The notes under the pieces are model-generated. The model saw only the letters and a list, made by a program, of their open reading frames with translations. It searched no databases and was not told the DNA's origin. Shown piece by piece: positions 39,796 to 53,058 of a stretch of 64,000 bases of DNA. The translations under genes were made by a program, and so were the position numbers. Where the stretch lies: positions 30,938,001 through 31,002,000 of the forward strand of contig NC_059440.1 of assembly GCF_021028975.2 (NCBI RefSeq), given 5' to 3'. Numbering within the stretch: the first letter of the stretch is position 1; each line of letters begins with the position of its first letter. Origin of the DNA: Sphaerodactylus townsendi (taxonomy: Eukaryota).

Positions 39796-39908
39796 AGGTG
39801 TCAAACACGGCCCTCCAGATGTTATGGACTACAGTTCCCATCATCCCCTGCCAGGGGATGATGGGAACTGTAGTCCATAACATCTGGAGGGCCACGAGTT
39901 TGACACCT
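39796..39908. mobile_element. Palindromic MITE
   Basis: AGGTGTCAAAC...GTTTGACACCT with the shared CCAGATGTTATGGACTACAGTTCCCATCA core. Confidence 0.8.
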
Positions 39909-39928
39909 ATGCATGGATGTGGCTGGAT

Positions 39929-40086
39929 NNNNNNNNNNNNNNNNNNNNNNNNNNNNNNNNNNNNNNNNNNNNNNNNNNNNNNNNNNNNNNNNNNNNNNNN
40001 NNNNNNNNNNNNNNNNNNNNNNNNNNNNNNNNNNNNNNNNNNNNNNNNNNNNNNNNNNNNNNNNNNNNNNNNNNNNNNNNNNNNNN
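39929..40086. other. Assembly gap (N run)
   Basis: 158 Ns within CAPZB intron 4. Confidence 0.99.
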
Positions 40087-40982
40087 TGTATCTGCATGAA
40101 TCACCGCTCTTGGCTTGCCTCTCCTGATCTAAGAGTGCTTCCTGATGGTAGGAAACACAGCCAGTGATCTTCTCTGGGCGTGGGGGCGGGTAGGGGGGGA
40201 TCTTTGCTGTCAGAAGTTTGGGAAACAGCATAAAGTATCTCGCCCTTCCACCCACACAACTCCAATTACACTTTTTACCAGCTCTCTTAGAGCACGAGAC
40301 ATCAATTAGCAGCAGGGGCCAAAGCCGGGGGCTTTTAAAAATCACTCTTACCTTCTGTACTTTGATCCTAATGACATGAAACACGGGCAAAAAAAAGCTC
40401 TAATTTTTATGCGCTTCACGTTTATGAGACTGTACGTAAAGGCTTCTGCAGGCGTATTTTTAAAGAACGTGCTAAAATGTTGTCCGAAACCACAGAGAGC
40501 CATCAGAAGAACCTTCCCGCCAGAATTAACAAGCTCACACATGGAAGCACTCGAGCGCCCCTTTGTACCTTTAATGAATCAAATCTAGTATTAATATTGT
40601 TTTAAATACTAACATGCTATTTGAAGCCAGTTTAAAGTTAGCCATCGCTGGGGCCGTAAGTACCGGAGTGGGGGTGGGGGGAGGCAGAGAGCAAGGGGAA
40701 AGCAGCCAAGTCCCGTTCCGCAGTTTGAAGGCACACCACGCTGAAGTCAAGATGTTGCCAGAGCTGGAAGACGCGATAGTTCTTTTCTCCCCAAAACCAA
40801 GTCTGGACAGAGCTCAACTTGGTCCTTGGGGAGCTAGCCGCAGGCCTGCCAAGTGGAGAGGCACAACAGGGAAACGGCAACTGCCTACCCACAAAGTGTG
40901 ACCTGAACAGCAAGTGTACTGGTTTTTCTTTTTAACACATAATCTGTACCCAGGCCAAGCAAATACACAAAGGTTTGAAACT

Positions 40983-41524
40983 TTCTGGCTGTTGTGGATT
41001 TTCTGGGCTGTATGGCCGGGGTCTGGTAGTTCTCGCTCCTAATGTTTCACCCTTTGGGGATTGGGCGGTATACCAAATCCAATCATCATCATCATCATCA
41101 CCACCACCACCACCACCACCACCACCACCACCACCACCGGCTGGCATCTTCTAAGGTGAGATACCCGCCGTGACATACTGCTGAAGGCGCCAGCCATAGA
41201 TGCGGACAGATTGTTAGAAGCAAAAACAACCAGACCACGGCCGCACAGCCTGGAAAACCCACAACAGCCAGTTGATTCCGCCCATGAAAACCTCCAACAA
41301 TACATTTGCAATGCATTGTCGAAGGCTTTCATGGCCAGAATCACTGGGGGGTTGTGGGGTTTCTGGGCTCTATGGCCGTGTTCCAGTAGCATTTTCTCCT
41401 GACGTTTCGCCTGCATCTGTGGCTGGCAACTTCAGAAGATCTGCCAGCCACAGATGCAAGCGAAACGTTAAGAGAAAACTTAATTAGAACATGGCCATAG
41501 AGCCCAGAAACCCCACAACACCCC
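40983..41524. mobile_element. Two Penelope-like fold-back elements tail to tail; the first is interrupted by a retroelement tail with (CAT)n(CAC)n
   Basis: Each has inverted arms; CAACAATAC / ATTGTCGAAGGCTTTCA ends face each other at about 41295-41330; microsatellite at 41082-41138. Confidence 0.75.
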
Positions 41525-42767
41525 TATGTCTATGAACATCTGGAGCACCATAGGTTGGCAACCCCTGGTATATGGCCTTGGACTGTAAGGAAGAGTGCTG
41601 TGTGTCCCATGAAATCTTTCAAAGAAATTGCAACACATGCTCAGAGCCCTGAGTGAAGCCAAGCAAAACTCTACAGATGGCAGCTCCTTGAAGGGAAAGG
41701 CAAGGGGGAGGGGGGGGCACACATAGGGGCCTTTGGTCCAGCCGTTCCTCTGCCCCAAAACAATGCCTGTGGGTTCCACACAGGTATTAGACACATTCCT
41801 TCCAGCACGCACACAGGTGCAAGAGTCCCTCAAGCAAGCATACCAATCGAGTTAGGTATGCACAATCTCAATGCCAGGTACACTTAGACAGCACATCTGG
41901 TCAGCAGCTGGCTGGCTTAGACGTAAGGAAAGGCAGTCAGCCCCCTCCCCCACTCCTACCCGGAGGAGGGAATACAAAGGGTAGATTCAGGATTCAGATA
42001 TTACTAGAAACACCAAGACCCTCCCTCCCCCCCGCCCCCAATACACACACCCCTCCAGTACTATCCAAAGCTGTTCTGCAGCTACATAACAGGAAGCTGA
42101 GTTTCCAAGATCTCCCTTTCAGCTCTGGGTGGATTTTCTGGCTACCTTTTATGGCCAGGTGATGCCAGGCTGAAATGGACCATGTGGTGAATGCACTTCA
42201 GAAGACAGAGGTGGCAACAGCAGGGGACCTCGAGAGCACCCGAGTCAGCCATCACACCAACTACCTGGTCCCTTTCCCCTCCTTTTCCCACTCCCCACCT
42301 CCTTCCCCCTTTTCCCATCAGCCATCTCTTTAATTGGATAGCCTGAAATAAAGGGTGAAGGAGCTACAGTTGGGTTTATTAAGTGAGATCCCCATTGGAA
42401 GTTAGATAAGAAATGTTGGGGTGCCAAACTCCTGTACATCTTGTAAGATAAACTGTATACTGATTGCAATGAGCATTTTAATCATTCTATTGTATTATAT
42501 TAAGTTATGTTGGTATACTGAACCATGAATATCGTATCGATGCTTTGAGCCACCCTGAGCGCGGGCTGGGGTAGGGTGGGATAGAAATCAAAATAAAGTA
42601 GCCCAAGGTGGCTTCCCTATGGCATAGGTCTTTAAGGCCTTCACCGGGGGGGGGGGGGGGGGGCAGACAGTGTTGCACAGTAGTTAGAGTACCTGACTAG
42701 GGGGATCTGTGGCCAAATCTACTGAGCCAAGCAACTCAACGGGTGACCCAGGTCCAGGTGTGTGTGT

Positions 42768-42768
<1 letters not shown>

Positions 42769-42801
<33 letters not shown>
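42769..42801. repeat. (CT)n microsatellite
   Basis: Direct inspection. Confidence 0.9.
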
Positions 42802-42804
<3 letters not shown>

Positions 42805-43969
42805 CTAATACAGCCGGGACAACAGAACCAGATGGTAGAACCACGTCTGCTCCTGAGCTCCTTTGAGGAAGGGTGAGATGAAAATAAGACAGACAGCCGA
42901 ATCAAGCCCTTCTAATCTTGGGATCCTGATAAAAAAGCAACACAGGTCTACAGAAGGCAAAAGCTTTGAACTATGTATTTGAACCATTACCTGGAATTTC
43001 CAGATCAGTGCAAATTCCAGATGTTTGCAACCATTTTAAAGGGCAGGGACATAATGTAAACTCTTTGCAAAGGCCCCCAGTTTCTACTGATCAGTCAAAC
43101 GTGGAGGAGAGTAATCCCATTGGCGGCAAAGCGGGGGTCACACCCTAATGCTCAGAAATCTGGGCAGAAAGACCGGGCCAAGAGGGGGAAAATAAAACAA
43201 AAGAACCCCCGTTCGTTTAGTGCTGGGATGCAGGAACACGGCATCTGGATCCAATCTGAGGGTCCCTCGCCACAAAAGCTGAAGCAAGTTATCCAAGGGA
43301 GGAGGAGGGGGGGTTAGATATATCACAAAGGTGTAGGAGCCAGGAGCAATAAAAACAACTTCAAAGCTTCCCACAAGACTTAGGTTTTGGGCACGCCACA
43401 GATACATCCAGACACAGCTGGAAGCACTGGAAGGAAAAGGGCTCACAGCCACTGGAAGAAGCAGCTGTGAACCTCACCACAAGTGGTCAGGAAACACAAG
43501 GACAGTCAGGCCATGAGTGTGGCTGAAGGCATGGAGAAGTGGCAGCCCCTCTTCCTAACTCTTGCTGCAGCTGCGGTTTTATGGATGTCTGTACTGCATG
43601 TAATGCAGCTGTTTCAAATCCAGAGTATTCAGCAAGCAAAAATACAGCAACGGCAAGTGATTTTAGAATTGCACAGCAATCTTGGGTTGAGAGCACCCCC
43701 CAAATGCTAAAGACCACAGATGTATAAACTCGACTGGATATAAAAATCTAAATGTTGCTCTACTGAGAATGAGCGTCCTGTTGTGAGCATGCATGAAGCC
43801 CCACATGGTACTTCCGTGCCATCCTCCCCTCAGAACCTGCTACAAGCAACAATGGAATGGGCCAAAGAAGTATGGCAGCCTGGATGGTGAGACAGATGCA
43901 GAAGAAGCACCCAGGGCAGGAGTTGAAGCTGGCCCAACGGATTTGAGTTGCCTTGTTTTGCCCCTAGAG

Positions 43970-44116
43970 CAGGGGTTTGCAACCTGCGGCTCTCCAGATG
44001 TTCGTGGACTACAATTCCCATCATCCCCTGCCAGCACAGCCAATTTGTCATGCTGGCAGGGGCTGATGGGATTTGTAGTCCATGACATCTGGAGAGCTGC
44101 AGGTTGCAGACCCCTG
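43970..44116. mobile_element. Palindromic hAT MITE
   Basis: CAGGGGTTTGCAACCT...AGGTTGCAGACCCCTG; TSD CCCTAGAG. Confidence 0.92.
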
Positions 44117-45995
44117 CCCTAGAGATACCAAAGTAATCCTACAGGGAAGGAGCCGTGCATTGAAGAGCGGCCTTGCATGGAGTCAGACCACACCTAGCCT
44201 CGTGTCACCTGCTCTGACCAGGTCTTCCTCTTTTCCTGTTGCATTCATCCTTTCCTAGATGCCCTGCTGGACTCCAAAAAGGCCAAGAGATGCTGAATGG
44301 ATCAAAAATATGGGGGCGGGGAGGTTGGCCACCACCGGCTGACAGAGGAGCACACGAGATTTCAAAGGTCCACATAGGTCTCCACCAGAACAAAACACAA
44401 CAGAAGCTTGCGTAAGACCAAAGCCTGTGTTGACATTACGGTGAAATGGCTTATGGCTTCACAGACAGCTGCCATTTACAACAGCCAAAGGGATAGAGGC
44501 AGGTTGGAAGGGCTCAAACTGGAGCTCACAAATACCTTGAGGATGGAACTGAACCAGGGGAGTCAGCCACTGGAGGTCACTGGGACAAAAACACCCTCCT
44601 GAGCCGTCCAACCTGACTCCTCTGTTGCCAGCTGAGAAGGAACCTTGGCCTCGCTTCTATGGCAGCAGGGCTTTGGGACAGGACAATTCAAAGGTGGGGC
44701 CAAAACACACACACCCTTCCATGTGAATGGTGGCAGGAGAGCACCCCTGAATGGGGAGAGGGGGGGACTTCACAAGGTCTCATGTGGAAGCTATCCACAT
44801 GGTCACTCAGCGTCCCACCAGAAGTTCACAGCTCCTCCTGTCTTGGTTTAAGGGACCAGCACAACCAACCCAGAACAGCACAAAAGGCCGTTTAAAAATA
44901 TGAAGCACTGTCGCTAAAGAGGCACCTCCCAAACGATGAGCCCAGGCCAATGTCCGAGCCCTGCTACAGAACCCACAAGAGCAACAGCTCAGGGAAACTC
45001 ACCAAAAAAATAAAAAAAAATCCAGCCATCTGGCATTCCCGTGTGCATGCTGCTCCCCTCTCCTGACCTCCAGAACACACGTTCTGCTTGTGCCTTTTGA
45101 AATGTTCATTTGCGGTTGCTCTTAGTAACATGCCTGTTACCCCTCTGGCATAAACAGAACAGAGCAGAACTATTTTTGGGATGCTTTTTCAAGCGCCACT
45201 TACAACATCCTCTAAAAGGCAGGATGTTTAGAGATCCAGTTGCCCAGCGGCTGAGCACACACACAGACCCACACGGCACCTGCTCTGCGAAGCCACAAGA
45301 GGAACCCTGCAGGGAGGGCCGCTCCAGGACCACAAACTCCGCCCACGGCAAAGCGGTCTGGGCCTAAACAAGCGACTTTTCAGAATTTAGCCACCACAGG
45401 AGGAGACAGGCAAAGGCAGCGGTTCAAAGGGCTTCTCAACAAAAAGAAGGATCAATTTTTAAAGCCACTAGAAAGAGCTGGACCAAGGAACTGCAGAGCT
45501 GGACTTCTAGAGTCTCTTCTGCTCTAGAGTCTCTTCTGCTCCCTTCCGGCAAAGGCCGCTTCAGCTCTTGAAAGCTCGGAGTTCCCCACTCAACCTCCAA
45601 ATCTTGTTGGTCTCCAAAGGGCTACGGGGACTTGAATTTAGCTGTTCTGCTTTTCAGGTCTGACTTGGGCCATTTCTAAGGTTCAGCTGAAAAACACGGA
45701 CACAACTGTGGTGGCGTGAGAGCCGATGGCCAGCTCCCTTCTCCCATTTCCCTCCCCTGTGTTTTCAAGTCCTGGGCAAGTGCAAGGAGGCTGTCCGGGA
45801 TCAGGCCGCTACAGGCTGCAGAACTGCGAGGTCTTCAGTCCACTGCTAAAGACCCTCAGGTCACAAAAACTCTGATATCCTGCCTCTGAAGATGGAGGTT
45901 CATTTTGCGACCACGGCTAATAGACTCCTACACGCGCCATTTATCCTTTTAATCCCTTTCAAGTGCCACACCAGCCAGTGGCCATCCCCATAGCC

Positions 45996-46114
45996 CAGGA
46001 GTCAGCAACCTGCGGCTCTCCAGATGTTCATGGACTACAATTCCCATCAGCCCCTGCCAGCATGGCCAATTGTAGTCCATGAACACCTGGAGAGCCGCAG
46101 GTTGCAGACCCCTG
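45996..46114. mobile_element. Palindromic hAT MITE (internal deletion)
   Basis: CAGGAGTCAGCAACCT...AGGTTGCAGACCCCTG; TSD CCATAGCC. Confidence 0.9.
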
Positions 46115-46699
46115 CCATAGCCAGAAGCAGCAGATTTTGTAAGTTAGCTGCAGCACACAGAGAGGTCTCCCTTCCTGGTGGACAAAGTTCTGTCAGTACA
46201 GCTGGCTCCAAAACCACCTGTCTACTAAAAACGTTGAGAATTGTGCCTGTCCACACACAGAGACCTGAGGAAACGGCCTTTGACCAGGGCTTGCTGAACA
46301 GTAAATGCTTGTTATTCTAAGACATTCCAAACCTGTGGCAGCAGGTTGCTTCCTGTAGCTTTAGGCTGGTTTGAATTTTAGCTAAGTCCATCTGCAGTTC
46401 CATAATTGGGGGGGGGAGGCCACAGAGTGCTACGCTAGGAAGAGCAAAATTCCTTCAACAGGAAAGTACAGCCACATCCTTCTATCAAAAAGCAAGCTGT
46501 ACAAAATCAAAAAGGGGTTGACAAAAGCAAAGAAGAGGTACATCTTCAAGGATCAGACTGTGGGCTATTTACAAGAGTTAGTGGGTCTTGTCTCAGCTGA
46601 CGGAGAAATAGACATGCTGCTTCCCCCCTACCACCACCACCCCAAAAAAACCCCCCACAAAAAACCAAAGAGAGAATGCAAGAACTTGTGCCAACGTAC

Positions 46700-46813
46700 A
46701 AGTCTCTGTACTGGTCAAAGGCATTGTTTGCTTCCATCTCCAGCTTGCGTAGGCGAGCGGACGGCATGGCACCGTCTTCCAGAGGGGGGTCGTATTTGTT
46801 ACTCCAGGGTGAC
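46700..46813 (-). CDS. CAPZB: CAPZB exon 4
   Basis: [37 protein letters not shown](L); 114 nt. Confidence 0.96.
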
Positions 46814-47806
46814 CTGCAAGGGAGGGAGAGAGAGAAGAAATGCAGCTAGGAGGAATTACCTTTAAGCCAGCAAACATCTTTTTTTTTTTAACGTAGAAGG
46901 TGCTGCTGTGCCACAAAAGGGTCTTGTATTATTAGTAGGATGTGGGAAGGTGAACTAGGGAAAAACTCATTACACGGTACATCTAAACAGTTTTCCCTGC
47001 CACTTTAAACAACAGCTGCCCAAGTCTAGAACAGGTAACCACTGAGCGGGTGTTCAAGGCTCTGCACACATACACACACCCTGCTAGCTCTTTAACAAGG
47101 TGGGTTTGATTTAATTGTGGTTAGCAGATCTCTTCTGCAGAGCACGGGAAAGGAATTTCAGAGCAATACAACCATAACTTAAAGCTGTTCTGGCTAGCAG
47201 AATATGTCCTTCCCCTCCAAATTCTTTTTTTTTTTTTAGGAGACAGAATGCTAGCTGCAGCAGTAATTTTATCCACAAGAAATTCATAACATTGCCCCCC
47301 AAAACTGTTTTTATAGCAGACAAGCACTCAAAGCACATTTAAGGGCTTAAATGGGAAGCCGTTTTGAAGAAAGACAGATGGACCGGCAGACCCGCTTGAG
47401 TTTCGAGAGCTGGGCTCCGAATTCCCCTACACCAGAGAATCTTTTCTTTTTCAAGCTAACAGGTTTTCAAACCAAGCTGCTGGCACCGACTTCCCCCCAT
47501 AAGGATTCCATTTAAGGAAAGTGATCAAAAGTGAGGATAAGAACCTGAGGAGAGAGTCAAGGGGCCTTGGGGGTTTGGGGGTAGGGGGGGTGCTGGCTTT
47601 GACTCCTTGAGCAATGCCAAAGGCAGACAGTTCCCAGATACTAGCACTGATAAGCCCATAACCCAAAAAACCCTTCCTTTTCAAACTGAGCTAAGGGACC
47701 AAACACTCAAAAGCCAAATGTTTAAACTGACTGCCAGGACAGACGAGGAAATCCACATTGCACGAACAGTGATGTTGCCCTGCACAGATGGAGGGACGGC
47801 TGCTCA

Positions 47807-48097
<291 letters not shown>

Positions 48098-51000
48098 TCA
48101 CCAACCAATGCAGAGTAGGAAAATTTCAGAAGTGGAACAGAGAGCAGAAATGGAACGTTTTCTGGAAATTCTGAAGGTATGGGGGAAAACTCTTGAGAAA
48201 GCAAACATTTGGGGTGAAACTGAAATATGCACAATATTTACTTTATCGAGTCCAACTTTCTTTTAACACAAATGCATGATTGTAAGCAAGCAAAAGCGCA
48301 CTGCTGGGCTTGTTTGTGCAACGTGACAGCATACATGCCTGTGTTGCACAAGCAAAATTGCTAGAGCACCCAAACAAGAGAACTGCTAACTGACCTTCCT
48401 ACCTTAGCACATGGATCTTAATTTTTGGCATCTGCCTGGATTCTCTTCTACACAGTTATCAGGATTGTCAGCCAAGCCCCTCTTCTGCCTGAATTGGGCA
48501 GTACAGAGGAACAGGGCCTTTAAAGGTGTGGAACCTGGACTCAGTCTGGGCAAACCCACCAATACTTACCTGGCAGCAAATTTATCACTTGAACATCAGG
48601 CAAAGACTTCTTTCTAACGATTATGACAACTTGCTGGATTTAACACTTACAACAGACTTTGTTGCTGGCCATTTATACGTGGTTATCACTGTCTTGCACC
48701 TGAGCCTTCGGGGAAGGCGGTATATAAATATAAATATAAATAAATAAATAAACAATAAATGTCCTACTTCCCCTCAGACCCCTGTTCCCAGAATCCCTGA
48801 GAATTCAGAACATACCAACACGGGAGGTTATGGGACTGGGGTGGGGGCAAAATAGCCCAAGAGGGTACGGCATTCCCTTCCACTTCTTCCATTAACAGAA
48901 TATACATTTTCAACACAAGAACAGTTGTCTGGATAGATCTCCTTCAGTATAAATAATGCTATCGAACTTCCACATGAACGGCACAGACATGCACATGTTT
49001 TGTACTGCAGCACACCAACTGTTCCTCACTATTACAGCGCGTGCACACACCCAAGTGCGCACACAGAACCTCTCCAACAACTTCACGTTTTCTTCCATGG
49101 CCACTAGTGTGGTCTCAAAGCTAAATGCAGACACAGTCACGATCTCCATTTCTTGCCAATATAGGCCCGTAAAGTGACTGCTAAGGTAGGGGGAGAGGGA
49201 GAAGAGAAAAAGTGGTAAATATTTACAATGGAGTGGAAATCCAAGCTCTGCAAAGAGAATAAGCTGCCCATGAACGGCAACTTCATTTTTTCCACTAGCT
49301 CATGCTCTGGGTGGAGTTTAATATACTTTCCAGGCTCCCTGCCAAACATTACCCTGCTGGTTAAATTCTTTTCCTCTTCTTTAAAGCCACATTTACCTGA
49401 TATACGAGTCATTCTTTCAAGAAAGGCCATCTCAGAAAGCTCGTGGTACAAGCTTCACAAACGCACGAAGGGAGCGGCATCGTGGCCAGGACTTATTTGT
49501 TGCCTGACAAAGGCAAGCATTTTTTCTAGCCCACCCGGCCTAGCATACGACAATTGGCCCTTCCCCACCTTCCTCCCATGAGTTCAAGACATGGTTCTCC
49601 CTGCTTCCATTCTATTCTCATGAAAGCCCTCCTTGTAGGGTAGATCAGGCTTCAAAGGTACAACTGGCCCAAGGTCACCCACTGAGTTTTTTGGTCAAGT
49701 GATGATTAGAACTCATGTCTTCTCAGTCCTAGTCCAAGACACTAAGCACTACACGATGGTGACTCATATATCTATTAGCTGGGACTCCTCCTTAGTCGGA
49801 GATCCTTATGGACTGATTTGGGAAGAAATGAAATAAAACAAATCACACAAGAACTAGCCATAAGTTGCCCACAGCTCTCCAGGATGCAGATAAGTACCCT
49901 CACTGAACAAGCTTTCAAGCCCCACAACGGGTAAGGATTTATGGGGGATTTGCAATTCTCTGGTGCACACAGGAGGACCCAAGACCCCCTCCGAGCACAA
50001 GAGACAAGTTTCTTAGAAACCAGGGATGTTTTTTGTTCCTTAAGACGGGCGATGAATAGGCCTTCTATCTGAGCCTGAGCTGCAAAAGGGTGGCAGCGTT
50101 TTGAAGGGCCAGGGAGCTCAGCTGTACACAAAGAGAAAGACAAATTGAAAGAACAGGGCCACCATCTTGTCGAACAAGGAATCCGTTGTCCTTCTGAAAT
50201 GCTAATCTGGCAGGAGTTAGTGAACCAGGTACTGGGACAAAGTTTTAATTAAAAATAAACCGTACTTCCTACCAGCAAGACAAGCAGTCACCTGTGCGTC
50301 GGCGGAAACCAGACACGGTTTGGAGCAGCCAGCCAAACGCTTCCTTCCTGCTTGGAAGTCAGGACACTGACCAACTAATTTGCCATTCCTGAAACGTGAT
50401 TAGACGGGGAACGGGGTCAGGTAATTGCAAAGTCCTCAGATCTGTATGGAAAATGGGAGTGCCTTGTATTTATGTTTGAAAGGTAAGATCTCCTCGCTTT
50501 TTTGTTAAGTGGAGACATGGAGGATCCGGCACCTGAAAGTTATTCCTACTCTAAGCTTGTGTCTGTTCTGGGGCACAGGGGGGGAATACATCACCCCAGA
50601 AATCAATAAGTTGCTCGTTTATTGTGATGAACTGCAGCTTGAGATTAAAAAAAAATCCCTGGAAACGTAGAAGTATTTGGCCCTGCTTCCCAGAGGTACT
50701 TTCTGACCACTGTCGAAGGTGGGGTGCTGGACTAGACGAGCCTTTCTGCCTGATCCGGTAGGAATCCAAACTGCTTTAATTTGCACAAGTGTGGACATGC
50801 TGTGTTGTGATTCGGCCTGAAGTCAGAATCTCAGGCCCCACATCGTCCTCTTGCAGAAGACTGTGGGCTCCACCTGAGACAAAGTAGATGCGCAAGGCCA
50901 CCACCTAAGTGAGTTTGTGGCAAAGGTAAGAAATTTTAAATGGAAACCTCCCCAGTCACTCTTAACCACTGAACCACACTGCCCTCTATCAAGGGGAAGC

Positions 51001-51850
51001 AGCGTGGTGAGGAACTGATCAAACCCTCCGCGGTTGCAGCAGGACACCGGAGAATTAGCATGTAGTCCAAACACACTGCTGGATGGCTGCCATTCATTGT
51101 TCTGGGGAAAGTAAAGTGCTACATGAGAGCCCCTTCCCTGGAGGTCCTTGCAATGGAGAAGTTCTGCAGACTTATGATGGGTGGCACGGGGCCAGCATAT
51201 CAAGAACTGCTGCTTGTCTGAGCTGACGTTTGTCATCCCAAAACCACCACAGGGGCCGTTCAAAATGACAAATGCATAAAGGCAGCATGGTTAGAGATGT
51301 CACTGGCCACATCGGAGGCCATCGACACTCACTGATCGGAGACAGCAAGGACCAGAACCAGGAGACAGAAGACATAAAGCTGCACACTCAGCCGGCCACG
51401 AAAGCCAGCACACGGGCAAACTGACAGCTGCAAGGCGAGAACTTCCACCTCACACTACCAGATTTGGCAGCTTTCAAGGTCAGGTAGGAAAATGGGCATC
51501 TCACTGACTTCCAGCCATGAAAGCAAAAAAGGAATTATCATGCTGACAGGAAGTCCACCTCAGAACACCAGTGGCTGGGCATGATCAATGGGGGAAGCCT
51601 CTGTCCCAGCATTTGCTGGGACAGAGTGGGTGCCGGCATTCTATAAACACCTGCTTTCCTCAAACTGCTTTCCGCAAATGACACGGGAAGTTTGGTTACC
51701 TGAAATGCAAATCAAGTGGTCATCTTTACTCAGCATTTCAAAGACCAAGATCTGGCTCTCTTCTCTGAAATGGGGTTTTCTTCCCTGCGTGGTTTCCATG
51801 CAGAAGACCCTGGTTTGCTTTCAGAGGACATCCTCAGTGAACTCCACCAA

Positions 51851-51876
51851 CAGCAGCAGCAGCAGCAGCAGCAGCA
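51851..51876. repeat. (CAG)n trinucleotide repeat, intronic
   Basis: Direct inspection. Confidence 0.9.
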
Positions 51877-52562
51877 ACGAGGCGAAAGACCCCAAATGGG
51901 ACTGCGGGGATGCTGGGAGGCCAAGACAGCCACACTAGTCTGGTGCTGTAGGTACAGTGGTGCGACTATACCACAGAAGGGGGGGGGGGGGCAGATGTAC
52001 CACTGAAGCCGACATTCTTCTAAAATAAGATTTCTTGCAGCAAAGACATCTGACGGTTTAGCTGCATTTCAAAGTTTAAAAGCTCCGGCTCCCATTTGAA
52101 TTCTTACAGGACTGATGTCATCACGTGAAAGCGAAAAATCAGAGCCTGTCAAATTTGGTCTGAAAACTACTTGAAGGTCTGAGCCAGCAGAAGCCAGCCA
52201 GCAGCTCCATCGCAACAAATTGAACTGGCACCTGTCCCCCTGCCTGCTCTGGACCCCAGCCATTTCGGAGCTGCACCTAATACAGTTTTGTTATAATTCT
52301 ACTGAGCCATCTGACAATATTTAAGAAGTTTCCTCTTGTGGCAGAAAACAGGGCCAGCCCAACGGATGTTGTGAAAATGGGGGAACACCAACCACCAGGG
52401 CAGCTCTGGTTCATGCACACCATTACTATGGCTGCGGCGGTATCATGAGCACACAGGGGCAACCTTTCCATTCCTGTGGCGGCTCGGACACCCGCATGGG
52501 TACTCCTCTAGTTCAATGGGGAGAAAGAAATGGGTAACACAGCACTTGGGATACACTGGAGG

Positions 52563-53058
52563 ATACACTGTGTACAGTTCTGAGCACCACAATTCAAGAA
52601 GGATATGGACAAGCTGGAACGGGTCCAGAGGAGGGCAACCAAAATGGTCAAAGGTCTGGAATCCATGCCCTACGAGGAGAGACTTAGGGAGCTGGGTATG
52701 TTTAGTTTGGTGAAGAGAAGGTTAAGAGGTGCCATGATAGCCATATTTAGATATTTGAAGGGATGCTGTGTTGGGGAGGGAGCAAGCTTGTTTTCTGCGG
52801 CTCCAGAGACTAGAACCAGGAGTAATGGGTTCAAGGTGGAGAAAAGAGATTCCACCCAAACATCAAGAAAAACTTCCTGTCAGGGCTGTTCGACAGTGAA
52901 TGCGCTTCCTCGGAGAGGGGTGGAGTCTCCTCCTTCGGAGGTTTTTAAGGAGAGGCTGGATGGCCATCTGTCAGGAGTGGTTTGATGGTGTGTTCCTGCA
53001 TTGCAGGGGGTTGGACTTGATGGCCCTTGGGGTCTCTTCCAACTCTAGGATTCTGTGA
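52563..53058 (+). mobile_element. CR1 LINE 3' fragment (ORF2 C-terminus plus 3'UTR)
   Basis: DKLERVQRRATKMVKGLESMPYEERLRELGMFSLVKRRLRG is the typical CR1 ORF2 C-terminus; later frameshifted; ends TTCCAACTCTAGGATTCTGTGA. Confidence 0.92.

Noticed and set aside
39704-40390. ORFs spanning the N run
   Set aside because: Artefacts of translating through the assembly gap and a MITE
51851-51876. (CAG)n giving poly-Q/poly-S/poly-C ORFs
   Set aside because: Short intronic microsatellite without exon support
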